Source of the DNA: Hyphochytrium catenoides
Lineage: Eukaryota; Protista; Hyphochytriomycota
DNA: 64,000 nucleotides
Reading direction: 5' to 3'
Assembly (NCBI GenBank): GCA_900088475.1
Contig: FLMG01002723.1
Span: 1-64,000, forward strand
Part shown: piece after piece, positions 61,509 to 64,000 of the stretch
Position numbering within the stretch: the first letter of the stretch is position 1
How the letters are laid out: each line of letters opens with the position of its first letter
The notes under the pieces: model-generated
The model's database searches: none
The model's input: the letters and a program-made list of their open reading frames with translations, nothing else
What the model was told of the DNA's origin: nothing
Made by a program: the position numbers and the translations under genes

Positions 61509-64000
61509 CTAATCCTTCTTCTCTTCATTTTCTGTGTGCTCTTCGAGCTGCTTATGCTTCTGTTTCCTCTTGTTAACGAGGTCCCTCATCTTTTTCTCCT
61601 TCTCCTTCCTGGCTTGCGCTTCTGCCTCCAATTTTTCCCTTCTTTCTCGGGCGGTCTGCTCATCCTTCTCTCGCTTCTCCTTTAGCTCTTTCTCTTTTTG
61701 AACTTGCTCATACTGCTCCAGAGCTTTGTTCCTCTTGTCAATTTCAGCCATCCTACAGCCAAACGAACGTGAGTCTTGAGCGCCAGAAATACGCCTTTCG
61801 CTTCGCTTTCCGTTCTCTTTCAGTTCCACTAGTTTCGGGTCGGGTTTAGGGCACTATCTTCCTTACCTTCTCTTGAACTCTTCTGGGTCTGTTTCCGCCA
61901 AGAGGTTCAGCTCTTGCTGCTCAGCTTTCTTTGCGTCCAATTCCCGTTGGAGAGCTGCTGCTCTAGCAGCATCCTCTTCGGCCTTCTTCGCAGCAGCTCG
62001 TTCCTATGAAGCAACCATTATGTCTCTGACAACTCTCAACATCTGATATTCGGCCGTGAGGGTTGTACCTGTTCCGCTTTCTTGTGAGCAGCTCTTCGTG
62101 CTTCATCCTTCCTTTTGTCCTCTTCTATTATAAGTTGGTACTCTTGAGGACTTGTCTGGCGCAAGTTTTCAAGCTTGAGAGCTCGTTCCTACATCAAAGA
62201 AGAATGAGACATTAGGCAAGAGCTTTATGCGATACTAAGGCTGCAAAGTAAGAGCTCTGCCAAGTAAAGACGGGTCGTTCCCAGAATAAAAACGGTTAGA
62301 TGTACCTGCTCCAATTGCTCCTTTATGGACTGGTTAAAAGCTAAACTGACTTCTTCCTCCTTTCGCATCTGCAGCAGGGCAGTCATCTACGAGGAAGCAG
62401 AGATTAATTAGAATCTTATGCTTCTGCTTGCTACCGCACCCTACCGTCGTCTACGAGTTGAGCCGCAGTCTCTGTTGAAAATACCATCATCCGATGCTGC
62501 TTCTTACCTCGTCTTGGCGCTGATCATCCAAAAAGGCAGCATACTTGAGAAGCACAGCTTGCAAGAGTACATGTCTCACAATACTAAGGAAGGTACCCTC
62601 CTCAACAGGTTCTCCAGGTCTGAGGAGTTCACCAAGTGGGTACACCGAGAGCTGCTCCCGGTAGCATAAGTTGGTAACAAACTCGTCATCCAAAACGCTC
62701 ATTATCTTGCAAGTAGAAAGAGAAGTTAGAGGCTGCGGAAGGTGGCGCTTAACGTAGCAATAGCGGAAGGACTTTGGTTCCGCTAGACAGACCTAAGATT
62801 AACAATTTCTATTCGTCTATTAGGCAGTTTTAGTCTGGACGGGCACGTAGAGGTGGAGAAAGAAATCACCTTTGTGAGAGACTGCGGAAGTTTGCGATAT
62901 ACGTGCTTTATCGCTTGCTCCACCTGCGGGTGCAAAGTGTCCTCGGCTGACAGGTCAAGCGTGCGGATCTCGGGCGGGCGAGTAGTGTCTTGGATGTGGT
63001 AGTCCGCGTAAGCGAGGCGAATAATCTCTTCCACCTCCATGCTCTTAAATGATGCCTGGAATGACTGATAGAATAAGGATTCTGGAGCTGAGAGTAAGAG
63101 TTCATCCTGCCATCTTTGGATGCAAGTCGCCCGGAAGCAGATGGAGAATTGAAGTTAGATATGTTTACCACCTTCTTCCTTCGTCCCTTCTGCCGATCTG
63201 CTTGTCTCTCTTCTTTGCGCCATATCTAGTATCGTCGACCTAAACCGACTCTACTGGGGAAACCCAATGATCTCCAACAACAAGGCAGCCAATCAAGCGT
63301 ACCTTAGCGCTCCTTGTCTAGGAGCAAAAGATGCTAGCCATGAGGGCGGCGAGCTTGTATGGCCAAGAGGATGAGCGGTGCTTTGATTGTCAAAGGTAAC
63401 ATGGGTTGCCTCCAGAACAGGCTGTTGGAGAGCCTGGAATGACGACGGAATTGGTTCAGATAGCTTAGGCATCCTTGCAGTGAGCAGCACATAGTTCCGA
63501 CTGTGAAAAAAGGTGTGCTTGAATAGATACACGTCAATAGCACCATCAGTCGGCAATGTCTGGGTGTCAAGGACGTAGTCTGCGACGCGTGAGACAATGG
63601 AGTGGGGCGGAGTCATGCGCCAGACGCAGGGGAAATGCGCAAGGCGGTAGGGTGTTAGATGTACAGCCAGAGTTCTAGATGGCAGGGAGAATTCACCTGA
63701 CAATGGCCCGGAGACAAGCTGCCTGCCCTGGAGGATGCTCAGTGCACTGCTGATGGAGGTGCTGGCTGCTATTCCCAGCCCTCCCGATAACAATACGAAG
63801 TCGCGGCCCTCACCCTATTACAGTGAGTATTGACCTCGGTTATTTGCTAGCTGTGGACTCCCAATTGCCTCTTCTGGTCTGTTACCTTTGCCTTCCACTC
63901 AAATAGGGTCGAAATAACTTTGAGCAGTTGCTTGGGAGAACGCGACCATCTAAGGAGCTGAGGATTGGTCTGGGAGATAAAGTTTACAGAAGTGTGGGAT
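61509..64000 (-). CDS. Unknown multi-exon protein with a long charged coiled-coil C-terminus (5' part outside the window)
   Basis: GT-AG-bounded exons ..MEVEEIIRLAYADYH..LTK | IMSVLDDEFV..DDQRQDE | MRKEEEVSL..EQ | ERALKLENL.. | ERAAAKKAEED..KRR | MAEIDKRNK..EEKKD, stop at 61509. Confidence 0.7.

Noticed and set aside
1-64000. tRNA, rRNA or other structured RNA genes, or an alternative genetic code
   Set aside because: None recognised by eye. Conserved genes translate cleanly in the standard code once GT-AG introns are removed.

Overview
Intron-rich eukaryotic nuclear DNA (GT-AG introns of roughly 50-450 nt with CTAAC/CTGAC branch points, and (GA)n microsatellites). The AP-1 mu sequence and the gene set suggest a stramenopile-type protist, which is an inference. 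I could reconstruct about 16-19 genes by hand-splicing: a large RalGAP-alpha-like Rap-GAP protein, a type-I membrane protein with tandem cytoplasmic PH domains, an EF-hand/coiled-coil protein, a mitochondrial ABM-domain protein, dynactin p25, an intronless bacterial-like membrane protein, a kinesin-14, imidazolonepropionase (HutI/AMDHD1), a claudin-like protein, a nuclear-encoded organellar ribosomal protein S7, a WRKY19-type zinc-finger protein, SPCS3, queuosine salvage QNG1, a UBM-motif protein, AP-1 mu and several partial or unknown genes. The most striking object is a 4-exon gene of about 1134 aa (37667-41540). In it a piggyBac-type DDD transposase scaffold carries an inserted YqaJ/lambda-exonuclease-like domain and a SAP motif. 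Both nuclease active sites look eroded, yet the frame, the C-terminal Cys-rich domain and an NLS-like tail are intact, so it is a candidate domesticated transposase-exonuclease chimera. Domain calls come from recognising motifs by eye, not from searches. Exon boundaries were inferred manually. An assembly gap lies at 15630-15686.
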